From a virus: DNA of 64,000 nucleotides. This document shows positions 44,570 through 53,699 of the stretch, piece by piece. The notes below the pieces were generated by a model. The model made no database searches and was not told where the DNA came from. It saw nothing but the letters and a program-made list of their open reading frames with translations. The position numbers were made by a program, and so were the translations under genes. The DNA lies in the IMG/VR virus record IMGVR_UViG_3300044981_000021, positions 36,881-100,880 of that record; one strand, given 5' to 3'. Position 1 is the stretch's first letter. Every line of letters starts with the position of its first letter.

Positions 44570-46447
44570 TTAGAACGACTGTCCTTCTGCCGCTGCTAAT
44601 TGCTTAGCCTTGGCTTTTTGTTCATCTGTCGGCTTACCGCCCGTCCATCCCGCTTTTTGGAGATAGCTTTGCGCTCTAGTTAGTAGGCGGTCTTTCAGTT
44701 CTTGTTGGGCGCGTAGATAGTCGGCCTTGGACATCAATTTGTCGTCTTTTTGGTAAAGCTGTGCGGTATTACGCATAGATGAAATAGCCCCAAGCGCTTG
44801 TTCGGTATTCATCTTAGCGTTCAACATCGTTGTTGCTTTATCTAGAATCTCTTTCGAGAAACGACTAGTGTGCATCTTGGTAAAACCAGATTGAGCCGTC
44901 AGTAAGTCGTCATATAGCGATTGCGCATCCTTCTTGCCCATTCCGTAATGCGCCATGAATTCACCAACCGACCCACCAATAGGACCGATATAGGTTGGAT
45001 GAGATTTAATAACCTGCTCAATACGGTCTAGCTTTTCAAGCAATGTTCCCGCAGTGGCAGCAGTTTGTTGCTGCATCTGTCCCGGCTTATAGGCGGATAT
45101 CTCCTTTAATGGAATTGGATTACCATAGGCATCTACCGGCTGTGTATCCCCGGACTCATCTAAGGTCAGCTTGCCGCCGCGCTGGTCGCGCCCATCTTGA
45201 ATTCGCTGATCGAAAAGAACCTTTTCTTCGTTGAAGTCTGTTTTGCCTTCTTTGTTAGCCGCCGCTGCCTTGAGTTGTTTCTGATACTTATCGTCCCACG
45301 GTTTAGCCCTGTCAATGAGTTTCTGTGCTCGCTGTACTAACTCAGGCGATCCGCCGCCTTTATTGTCGATGATGGTCTTAGCATCTTCTATGGCCTGCCC
45401 TGCCAATTTGCCATTTTCTTCGGCAAAATTACTTTCTGCCTTATCTAGTGTCTTACGAAATTCCGCAGTCTTAGCCATTTGATCGGGCTTATAGTTGGGG
45501 CTGAAGTTGTGGATGTAATCGGTAGCGCGATCTTTACCAACCACAAACTCTCTTCCGTTACGCACAGACTTAGCAGGAATAGCCGTCTTTGGTTCTTGGC
45601 CTTGAGCGATGGCATATAAATCGTCAAAGTTATCGGGCACGGGAACCTTAATGCTTCGCATGTAGCCCTTAACTTGGTCGCTAGTTTCTTGTGGAGCATC
45701 TAGGCCGTCGCGAGGCGCAAGTTTGGATGTTTCGTTTTCAACTAACGCCTTACGTCCTGCATGAACCAGAAGTGATGTACCATCGGTCGAGTTAGTCCCA
45801 GCGGGAACAGAACCATTCATTGGCGGTATGCCAGCTTCTTCATGCCCGGGCAGCTTCCAATCGAAAGCCCCTTCCATGGAGTTATTTTTTACATGGAATA
45901 CGGCCTTGGTTGGATGCTCGTAGGTTGAAAACCCAGTGGGGGCAATCATTACTAAATCGTTTGGATATTGTTTCTTGGCCGACTGTAATTGGTCCGCTAG
46001 ATCGGCATCTTTATCGGAAGTTCCACCAACAATCTCGGCATTTCCTTCTTGGTAGAGATTGTCAAACCATCCTGCCATGGTGTCGTGGGCGGCTTTTTGC
46101 GAAGCCTCGTCGGCTTGCGCCAGTGCGTGCTTTGCTTGTAGATATTGAACCTGCGTCATCGCAATACGTTGTTGACGCATCGTAGCTTCATCTGCTTGTG
46201 CTTGTTGTTGCTGTTGCTTCTGCTGATTTACTTGCTGCGCATTAATCCCCGCAGCCATAGAGCGCGTATAGGGATTGCTCTGATTCTGTCCTAGCGCGGC
46301 TACTCCGCCTTGCACGGCCCCTCTTACTAGGGTCTGGACGAGATTCCCAAAGAATCCAGTCCCGCCCGAAATACCCATTTGGCCACCATTAATCATGCCG
46401 CCTTGTTGCTGTACGGGTTGCGAATTGTCAGTCTGCGGGTCGGGCAT
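44570..46447 (-). CDS. Internal virion/DNA ejection protein
   Basis: Gln-rich N-terminus, helical body. Confidence 0.6.
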   Translation of the reverse strand: MPDPQTDNSQPVQQQGGMINGGQMGISGGTGFFGNLVQTLVRGAVQGGVAALGQNQSNPYTRSMAAGINAQQVNQQKQQQQQAQADEATMRQQRIAMTQVQYLQAKHALAQADEASQKAAHDTMAGWFDNLYQEGNAEIVGGTSDKDADLADQLQSAKKQYPNDLVMIAPTGFSTYEHPTKAVFHVKNNSMEGAFDWKLPGHEEAGIPPMNGSVPAGTNSTDGTSLLVHAGRKALVENETSKLAPRDGLDAPQETSDQVKGYMRSIKVPVPDNFDDLYAIAQGQEPKTAIPAKSVRNGREFVVGKDRATDYIHNFSPNYKPDQMAKTAEFRKTLDKAESNFAEENGKLAGQAIEDAKTIIDNKGGGSPELVQRAQKLIDRAKPWDDKYQKQLKAAAANKEGKTDFNEEKVLFDQRIQDGRDQRGGKLTLDESGDTQPVDAYGNPIPLKEISAYKPGQMQQQTAATAGTLLEKLDRIEQVIKSHPTYIGPIGGSVGEFMAHYGMGKKDAQSLYDDLLTAQSGFTKMHTSRFSKEILDKATTMLNAKMNTEQALGAISSMRNTAQLYQKDDKLMSKADYLRAQQELKDRLLTRAQSYLQKAGWTGGKPTDEQKAKAKQLAAAEGQSF

Positions 46448-46817
46448 TCTTCGCCTCTACGAAATAGTCTAGCTTGGTCTTGGTATTAATCTTTGGATCG
46501 CCAATGGCCTTATGAAGATATTTAACGATATATTCCTCTGTGCCTTGGTGAATGGAGTAAGTTCGCATCAAACTTGTTACCGTGTGGTCGCCTAAGTCGG
46601 CTCGCGACGCACCGTTACATTTCATTTCGAGGTCGAAAAGACAAGCCTTTTGCCCACTGTGTATAGAGCCAAATTGCCGCAAGCGAAATGTCGGCTTACC
46701 GTTTTCAAATACCTGTAAACGCAGCGGATTATTTGCGTTATATGCTGGGTCGCCGGGGATATTGGCTTTGTTGTAAGCAGCGATAGCGGACAGTAAGCAT
46801 TCAAGTCGGGAGCGCAT
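46428..46817 (-). CDS. Lysozyme-like virion protein
   Basis: AYNANNPLRL..F.S...G...L. Confidence 0.45.
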   Translation of the reverse strand: MRSRLECLLSAIAAYNKANIPGDPAYNANNPLRLQVFENGKPTFRLRQFGSIHSGQKACLFDLEMKCNGASRADLGDHTVTSLMRTYSIHQGTEEYIVKYLHKAIGDPKINTKTKLDYFVEAKNARPAD

Positions 46818-47584
46818 TAAAATGGACCGCTTACCAGTGGAATTGAATCTGGGATTGGGGATGATGCTACGGGCGCTCCGGTAAAGCCGGGGTTGCCCAA
46901 ATTGGCATTGCCTTGACCGCCTCCAGCCATAGAGAACATGGTGCCACCAATTTGACCCATAGTAGTTAGCCCGCCCGTTAACGCCCCCGCTGCACCATTT
47001 ATCAAACCACCCAATAAGCCTTGCCCTAAATTACCCCAGAAGTCCCCAGCTATGGATTGCTGATTTATTGTATTGGCCTGATTGAAAGCGTTCTGATTGG
47101 CCCCGGTTAGCAATCCGCCTACCTGTGGAGATGCGCCTAGCATTGCTGGGATATTTTGCAATCCAGATAAAGCTGTCATTTGTTGCTGATTCTTGTATTG
47201 CTGATTGGCTAGGTTAATCTGGTTCTGTCCGGTCGCCACAGTATTGCCTGCGGCAGAATTGATCTGTGATTGGATAGCGGCGTTAACTCCAGACGGAAGT
47301 CCTGCCATGTTGTTAGTTGCGAAATTTGCGTTCTCGGCTTGTCTGGCGTTAGCTGCTTGTGCGCCCGTAGTGTTGATTAGACTTGCATCTAAGTCGGCAA
47401 GTGCCGCCGCCCCAAACCCAGTCGGATTGGTATAGAGCGATTCTAGTTGGGGTTTTAGGAAATTATTTACGAAAGAATTTTCTTGTCCGAATTGCTGCTG
47501 GTACTGAGTAAAAAGCGCTTGACTTTCCGCAGCGGCTTGTTGCTGCGCCGTTTGTTCCGCCTGAGATGGACCCGAACCACACAT
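46817..47584 (-). CDS. Pilot/ejection protein
   Basis: MCGSGPS start, Q/N-rich, Gly-rich C-terminal helix. Confidence 0.6.
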   Translation of the reverse strand: MCGSGPSQAEQTAQQQAAAESQALFTQYQQQFGQENSFVNNFLKPQLESLYTNPTGFGAAALADLDASLINTTGAQAANARQAENANFATNNMAGLPSGVNAAIQSQINSAAGNTVATGQNQINLANQQYKNQQQMTALSGLQNIPAMLGASPQVGGLLTGANQNAFNQANTINQQSIAGDFWGNLGQGLLGGLINGAAGALTGGLTTMGQIGGTMFSMAGGGQGNANLGNPGFTGAPVASSPIPDSIPLVSGPF

Positions 47585-47597
47585 AGTTCGAGTCTAA

Positions 47598-48365
47598 TCA
47601 AGTTGTTACAAGACTCTCTAGTGACTGAAGTTTTAGTTCTAGTTGGCAGATTCGTTCTTTTAGTCTTGTGCAGTTATCGCATCTCTTATTTCTCGCTTGC
47701 TGCTTGCCTGTGGCCCACCGACAATTTCCCGGCCCGTAGTTGCCATCAACCTCTATGCGGTCGAGAGAATATTCCATAGATGGTCGCGCCCCTAATTCAT
47801 CGTAAAACTGCTCGAAACTGATGAAGTTAAATTTAATACCGCGTCCGCCATAGTTATTATATTGGTTGTTTTTGGGATTCACACAGCGGTTCATCGCGCC
47901 TTGATAAATCCTGTACTCTGTACTTCCAGACATGCCGTGAGTCATGTGGCGCGGCATTATTTTCATGGTTTCATATCTACGGCAGCCGCACGAGCCGGTA
48001 CCCCCGGAAGCAAGATTGCAGCCTTTTACGATGGTTTCTTTGCCGCAATCGCACTTACATCTCCACCATGCAGAAGATGTACCGATTGTCAATCTCTCTA
48101 GCACGGTTAATTTGCCGAAACGCATTCCGGTTAGAAATAGAAACCTAGTCACGCGCTTTGGTTTGCATCCACAAGATGTAACACTATGGCCAAGTAGGTT
48201 CTTTGCGGTTGATGTGTGCATATTTCCGCAATCGCACTTGCATGACCACGAATGTCTCTTCTCTTTGCCAAGTCTGCCGATATACTTCTCAGCTACTAGG
48301 CTTCCAAATCTCTGATTAGTCAGGTCTTGATGTATTGGTGGTAATAAGTTGTCCATAATTACCAA
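47598..48365 (-). CDS. HNH-type homing endonuclease with two CxCDCG repeats
   Basis: DLT..RFG.L..W.CKCDCG x2; YGGRGI..SLDRI..GNY.PGNCRWAT. Confidence 0.85.
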   Translation of the reverse strand: MVIMDNLLPPIHQDLTNQRFGSLVAEKYIGRLGKEKRHSWSCKCDCGNMHTSTAKNLLGHSVTSCGCKPKRVTRFLFLTGMRFGKLTVLERLTIGTSSAWWRCKCDCGKETIVKGCNLASGGTGSCGCRRYETMKIMPRHMTHGMSGSTEYRIYQGAMNRCVNPKNNQYNNYGGRGIKFNFISFEQFYDELGARPSMEYSLDRIEVDGNYGPGNCRWATGKQQARNKRCDNCTRLKERICQLELKLQSLESLVTT

Positions 48366-48476
48366 ATATACATGACGCGCTAAATGATTTGTTGATTTAT
48401 TTTAGTTTCCGACAACCGAACACACTAGGGGCGAGTAACAGAAGCAGCCAAATAACGGGATGAGATAGAATGCGAA

Positions 48477-48917
48477 TCACGGCGTTTTATCTGTTGGTAG
48501 GGTTGAAACTTGTTGCTCCAACCACAGAACTCGTTCGTCGGGACTATCGGTGAAGCCGAGGTAGCGGCGACAGAACCAAGCAAGCGGTTTCGAGATTGTT
48601 TCATACAGAATTTGAGCATAACCATTTCGCTTCGCGTTATGTACTACTTCTGGGAACTGCGTGACCAAACACTTCCGAATTTTTTCTTTTTCAACTCCAC
48701 AGAATTGGATATGAAGCCGGAGGGCATTCGACATACGCAGGAAAAGGATTGGTCCATCTTCGTCGAAATAAACACGTGACACCGTGTTGGGTTGCACGAA
48801 AAACGCGGGCTTCATCCAATCGGCGTGACAAGAATCTCTAGCGATTTCTTGTTCTATTTTAGGAAAATCTTCGGGGGTTATTGGCCGATGCGTAATCACA
48901 CCGCGAGTATAACTCAA
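48477..48917 (-). CDS. GNAT-like protein of the podovirus tail module
   Basis: RPIT.ED start, beta-rich core, AK..GY..I; sits just before the ejection genes. Confidence 0.5.
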   Translation of the reverse strand: MSYTRGVITHRPITPEDFPKIEQEIARDSCHADWMKPAFFVQPNTVSRVYFDEDGPILFLRMSNALRLHIQFCGVEKEKIRKCLVTQFPEVVHNAKRNGYAQILYETISKPLAWFCRRYLGFTDSPDERVLWLEQQVSTLPTDKTP

Positions 48918-49591
48918 CTTGGGATAAGGCTATTCACAAATAAAGAACGACTGACGCCGGGGCTTGTAACATTGCCGTTGGTCGTAGCTTTCCAATAGAC
49001 GCTGTACGTTTCGAGGTTAAGTAACGAGTGACTAAGTGGAGCAGGATCGGTATAGGCGAGGCTCACAATGCTAGGCGTATTCGCGTTGCTTGACGTAGAT
49101 TGAGTGAATATCTGCGACATCAATTGGCCGCCCCGATAGATGGCGAACTGGACCTGATCGGCAGGATTCTGTGATTGCAACGGAATTGTGGCGGAAATCG
49201 TCGCGGGACCATTTACGACTAGCGATAACTCCATGTTTGGTACGGTACTCCACGACGTGCTCGCGTTTACGTTAGCCACGGCTCCTGATAGAACTTGCGT
49301 AGCTCCCGTGGTTCGCGGGACGGAACTAGACTTAATTGTAGTAATGGTATCATGCGTGATTGCTACGGGGGGAATCTGCCACATCTGCCGCCTAACCCCC
49401 GGCGATGCGTTCATAAACGGCGAGTCGTAACCTACACTGGTATCGTAGACATCCTGCGGAGAAGCATAGCCACGGGGCCGAATAGGGGCAGGAGAGCGGC
49501 TAGGACCGATGGTATTTATCTCGACAGACGCTTGTTGTTCTGCTGCGTCTTTGGCCTGTTCGAGAAGTACATTTAATGTAGGTCGCGTCAT
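48914..49591 (-). CDS. Virion structural protein (putative)
   Basis: S/T-rich C-terminal beta domain; contains the 49568 palindrome. Confidence 0.55.
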   Translation of the reverse strand: MTRPTLNVLLEQAKDAAEQQASVEINTIGPSRSPAPIRPRGYASPQDVYDTSVGYDSPFMNASPGVRRQMWQIPPVAITHDTITTIKSSSVPRTTGATQVLSGAVANVNASTSWSTVPNMELSLVVNGPATISATIPLQSQNPADQVQFAIYRGGQLMSQIFTQSTSSNANTPSIVSLAYTDPAPLSHSLLNLETYSVYWKATTNGNVTSPGVSRSLFVNSLIPS

Positions 49592-49932
49592 TAGTGCCCC
49601 TCAAAATTCACAAATGTTTGCTTATTTTTATAAGGGCTGGTTGTCATAGAATACCACGCATCGCTTGTTCCGCGTACCGCTGAGCCGATGTATCTCTGAT
49701 TGGGTTGAGCGGGTACATAGAACCACGAATTCATCTGTGTGCTGTAAAGAATAAGCTGATTCTTTTCTGCTCCATAAGTCACAGCCCAAAGAATCTTCCC
49801 CGTAATTCCATTGGCGCGACAATAAATCGTATTGCTTGGTGGAGCGAGGTTCAACCATCCTACGCCGATACATTTTACGGTTTGACCAAAAGACGGTAGA
49901 GAGAGTAGTAAAAAGAACAACAATTTCTTCAT
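49591..49932 (-). CDS. Signal-peptide-bearing protein in the tail module
   Basis: MKKLLFFLLLSLPSFG-Q. Confidence 0.6.
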   Translation of the reverse strand: MKKLLFFLLLSLPSFGQTVKCIGVGWLNLAPPSNTIYCRANGITGKILWAVTYGAEKNQLILYSTQMNSWFYVPAQPNQRYIGSAVRGTSDAWYSMTTSPYKNKQTFVNFEGH

Positions 49933-49933
49933 A

Positions 49934-52369
49934 TCAATGCCCCATCAAAACGGGAGCCGTAGCAACCGGATCGCCACTTTCTTGTTTACCAGACAAGCCT
50001 AGTCCTAGCACTTCGCTTTGTGCGGCTTCAGAAGCGAACTGAATTAGTATTTGCACATACTTTACCGCTGCCGCCGAACTTGGGTTGTAGATTTGGGTTG
50101 CGATGCTTTGCCAGTTATACCGAAGACTGCGATAGTTCACAGGATCGGCACCATAGGTTGGTGGGTCAGGAACAGGGTTGATAAGTTGTAAGAATTTACC
50201 CGTAATCTGCGAACCCGGAGGGTTGGTTAATGTAACCCCGGCATCGTTAGGGAGAATAGAAACACTAGGCACGCTGCCCGCGTTAGTCATCTCAAGATAC
50301 AGATTTTCCATCTTAGCTAATGTTCCTGGGTCGGCTTCTTGAATCGTTCCGACCACTACTTGCGGAGCATATGGCGTACCTAAATCAGTGAACGTAGCAA
50401 GATCGCGTTGTGCTATGGATTCTCCTGTTCCAATCAGATATTTCCAAACCCCAGGCCGTATCTCCACGGCTCCTGCGGCGGTAATGTTTGTGAACTTCAA
50501 TAGCGCGGGCAGGCACCATGCATTCTGTCTTATGTTGAATGGATAAAGAACCTGATTAGCTACGTCCAACAAGAACACCATCGCATCTAACCCCGAACGA
50601 TAGATGGTTACATAGGCTTGCGTTGGATCGACTTGTTGGAGTTGGTCTGCTATAACTCCTCCGCCAACTTCTTCCATTCCCGAAGCCGTTAAAGCAAAGA
50701 ATTGCCTGTCGGCGGTAAACATGTAGACGTTGGAACCATCCGTATCGGAAGCATTGTAGTTCCATAGTCCGGTATCGCGAATGAATTCATTGACAGTAAA
50801 TGAAACCGTAGACGTGCCACGAACTACTAGAATCTCGTCCAAGTCTTGAACCAACAAACCATTTGGGAGGGCGGTCAGACGAGTAATGGATGTTGGGATT
50901 ACAAACACATATACGGGATTCCAATTCGATTGCTGTAAACCTGAAAGAGAATCAGGACCGGTAGAGAAATAAAGCAGGTTTCCAACTATGCCCCAAAGTC
51001 TTCCCGCAAACCATTCCATACACGAAAGCCCCATGGGCGGAGGCGTGTTCTGAAAGTTGACAGCCGCTTGGCTGTTAACGTTAAGTGCCGTATCGAAAGC
51101 CGTGTCTTGTATGTTGGCTGTAGTATTCGGGAATGGCGAGTTTGGCAATTCGTAGAAGATCGACCCACCACCAGAATCGGTAGTTCGGTAAACGTGGATT
51201 TGGCTTACTTGTGTATCGGGAGATGCAGTCAGGGCAACTTGTACCGAAGTTTTACCGTTAAATGGTCCTGTATTGAGCGACGGTTGCGAGGCATTAGAGA
51301 TTTCCCCGCTAATTGGATTTCCGTAAGCCGTTACATATGTCCATCCATTTATAGCAAAAAAACTCCCCGATCCCGTAGGTGTAGCCGTAGGAGCGGTGTT
51401 GAAGAACAAATTGATGTTTACGTTGTCTACGGCAAACTGAATTGACGGTGATCCAACGGGAACTTGTACCGATATTCCTACTCCGAAAGTAGAGCTATTT
51501 ACGATGCTTGCAGGGATTCCATTAAACAGCCCCCAACTATCAGATGCAGAGCCAAAAGTAAATTGAGTTGAAGTCGTAGATGCGAAGCTAGAAGTCTTAG
51601 AATACAGATAAGCATGTCCATTGTAGAGCAAGGAAACCGTCAATTGATTTGGCGATATCTGACTCATTGACCCATTGAATGTTACCTGAACCCCAACGGC
51701 GGCAGCCGTAGCCCCGAATCCAAAGTTAGTAGCTTCCAGCGTACCCGAAAATCTGCTTGAACTGCTGCGGGTTGTCGTTGCATAGGCAACCGTAGATGTA
51801 ACGTTGCTAGGGTTGGCCCACGCTATTCCACCCGAACCCGTGGAAGCTCCTGCCCCGGCAATGGTTGCTCCCGTACTAGAAGCAATGGCTGAGATGCCCC
51901 AATTGGTTACCCCCTGTGATCCCGCAGGCCCGTCCCATTTGAACTGAACCTTGTTTCCGCCGACAAAAAGATAATTGCCAACGCCAAAGAAATAGCACTT
52001 CGTTCCAATCTGATCCCCAGTCTTGGTATAGACCACCGTAGGGGCGGTAGCATTGGGGGCGATGTATTCTATGTCGGCGGTTGTATCGAAGATTTGGAAT
52101 ATGCCTTGGCTCGCCGTCTTCCATGAGTAGGTATTCAGTAGCGTACCGTTCATTATTCCCGTTGAACAGTAGAGGAGATATCCGGGGCGGCGTTGGAGGG
52201 TTAGGCGGGGGGTTATCTCTAGGTCTTGACCGGAGAGCAATGAATCGTACAATTCGATCACTCTACGGCCCATTAACCGGATTGGGGTCGTAAGCTGGTT
52301 TCTTAAAGTTATCCAACCTGTATACCATCTTTGCCAGAAGATTAACGCGGCTTCGCTGAGGTAGGCCAT
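49934..52369 (-). CDS. Tail tube/nozzle (stabilisation) protein
   Basis: 811 aa, beta-propeller-like segments (RRPG; GRLW..GNLLYFS), VYRT Ig-like insert. Confidence 0.65.
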   Translation of the reverse strand: MAYLSEAALIFWQRWYTGWITLRNQLTTPIRLMGRRVIELYDSLLSGQDLEITPRLTLQRRPGYLLYCSTGIMNGTLLNTYSWKTASQGIFQIFDTTADIEYIAPNATAPTVVYTKTGDQIGTKCYFFGVGNYLFVGGNKVQFKWDGPAGSQGVTNWGISAIASSTGATIAGAGASTGSGGIAWANPSNVTSTVAYATTTRSSSSRFSGTLEATNFGFGATAAAVGVQVTFNGSMSQISPNQLTVSLLYNGHAYLYSKTSSFASTTSTQFTFGSASDSWGLFNGIPASIVNSSTFGVGISVQVPVGSPSIQFAVDNVNINLFFNTAPTATPTGSGSFFAINGWTYVTAYGNPISGEISNASQPSLNTGPFNGKTSVQVALTASPDTQVSQIHVYRTTDSGGGSIFYELPNSPFPNTTANIQDTAFDTALNVNSQAAVNFQNTPPPMGLSCMEWFAGRLWGIVGNLLYFSTGPDSLSGLQQSNWNPVYVFVIPTSITRLTALPNGLLVQDLDEILVVRGTSTVSFTVNEFIRDTGLWNYNASDTDGSNVYMFTADRQFFALTASGMEEVGGGVIADQLQQVDPTQAYVTIYRSGLDAMVFLLDVANQVLYPFNIRQNAWCLPALLKFTNITAAGAVEIRPGVWKYLIGTGESIAQRDLATFTDLGTPYAPQVVVGTIQEADPGTLAKMENLYLEMTNAGSVPSVSILPNDAGVTLTNPPGSQITGKFLQLINPVPDPPTYGADPVNYRSLRYNWQSIATQIYNPSSAAAVKYVQILIQFASEAAQSEVLGLGLSGKQESGDPVATAPVLMGH

Positions 52370-52395
52370 TTACAACTAAGATTTTAGGGGAGTTG

Positions 52396-53031
52396 CTATT
52401 GGGTTAAGTATTCAGCGTAGTCCACTACGCACTTAGCCAATTCAGGCGGGATAGTTGCAACCTTGGCGGCGGCTTTTGCCTTATCGCGATTCATCCATTC
52501 TGAATATGGGACACGATATTCTGTCAACTTACCTTGTGCTCTCGCCTTGCGGGCATCTTTTCCGTTGCCAATATCTATGCCTTTTTTTATTCCTTGCGGC
52601 ACCAGCGGCGGTACCGCATTGCCCCACAAATAAAATGGTCCACAATGATGAATCGCCCTACCCACAAAATCTTGCGCCGACCTGACGTTTTCCATGATAT
52701 ACGGGACGCCACTAGCTTCACAGATTGCACGGGTATGATTAAATAGTTGTATTCCTAATTCTGGATACGGTGGATTGGCATGAAACATCTTCATACCATG
52801 AACCGAGAATTGCTCACAAGGGGAGCTAACACAGATGAAATCAGCATTATCTGTTAATATTTTGAGCAATATTATTTCTTGTAAAATATCGCCTCGATAA
52901 AACTCGAAATGTGGCGGAATTTCTGGTGGGTCAATTAGATCGACGCCAACACATTCCCAACCCGCCGCCAAGAATGCTTTTGACCATCCTAGCCGACCGC
53001 AGAACAAGTCGAGCATCCGTTTGACTGCCAT
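52396..53031 (-). CDS. C5 cytosine DNA methyltransferase-like protein
   Basis: LDLFCG.LG (motif I), SPC (IV), ENV (VI). Confidence 0.8.
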   Translation of the reverse strand: MAVKRMLDLFCGRLGWSKAFLAAGWECVGVDLIDPPEIPPHFEFYRGDILQEIILLKILTDNADFICVSSPCEQFSVHGMKMFHANPPYPELGIQLFNHTRAICEASGVPYIMENVRSAQDFVGRAIHHCGPFYLWGNAVPPLVPQGIKKGIDIGNGKDARKARAQGKLTEYRVPYSEWMNRDKAKAAAKVATIPPELAKCVVDYAEYLTQ

Positions 53032-53061
53032 AATCCTCTCTGTTCTACTGTACCACGCTGT

Positions 53062-53658
53062 TTATCCTGTCTCGCCTTTCGCGTTAATCCATTTGGTACG
53101 TTTAACGTATGCGATCATATTTTGGAGAATTTCTATGTCCTCTTTGATTCCACCCAAGGCCATATTGCATGTACTACACAGTAATCCGCGAACACAACGA
53201 CCACAGGATTTGCTTCCAGGGCAACAAGAATGGTCGTGATCTACGTGAAGCCTTCGCACCCTTCCAGTAGTCGGCTCCGTGGCTGGACAAGTGGCGCAAT
53301 GCCCATCTTGGGCATTAAGCATTCTCGCGTAATCTTCAATCGTTAAATTGTAGTTGTACCCAAGGAGATAATCTGAGCGATATTCGGGGTGTGCTTCGCG
53401 CCACCTTTTGTTTAGTACGCCACGTTGGACCTTGTTGGCGTTGTTCCATGCGCGATTATAAAAAGTAACTTTTTGGCGGTTATTGCGCTTCCAATTCTTG
53501 CAGCGCTCCTTGTTGTAATCGCGGTTTTCCTCGAAATAGGCGTCGTTATACTCTTTGACGTGTTCTTTGTTTTTTTCTTTCCACGCCCTCATGTACGCGG
53601 CCTTCTTGGCTTTGCGATCTGCTAGTTCTTGGTCCGTTAAAACTTTCTTTTTAGACAT
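53062..53658 (-). CDS. Endonuclease VII-like homing endonuclease
   Basis: Q.G.CA.C..LHVDHDH..VRGLLC..CN..LG. Confidence 0.9.
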   Translation of the reverse strand: MSKKKVLTDQELADRKAKKAAYMRAWKEKNKEHVKEYNDAYFEENRDYNKERCKNWKRNNRQKVTFYNRAWNNANKVQRGVLNKRWREAHPEYRSDYLLGYNYNLTIEDYARMLNAQDGHCATCPATEPTTGRVRRLHVDHDHSCCPGSKSCGRCVRGLLCSTCNMALGGIKEDIEILQNMIAYVKRTKWINAKGETG

Positions 53659-53699
53659 GCAACTAGTATAGCACAAGCTGCCGCAAAGTGTTTATTTAT

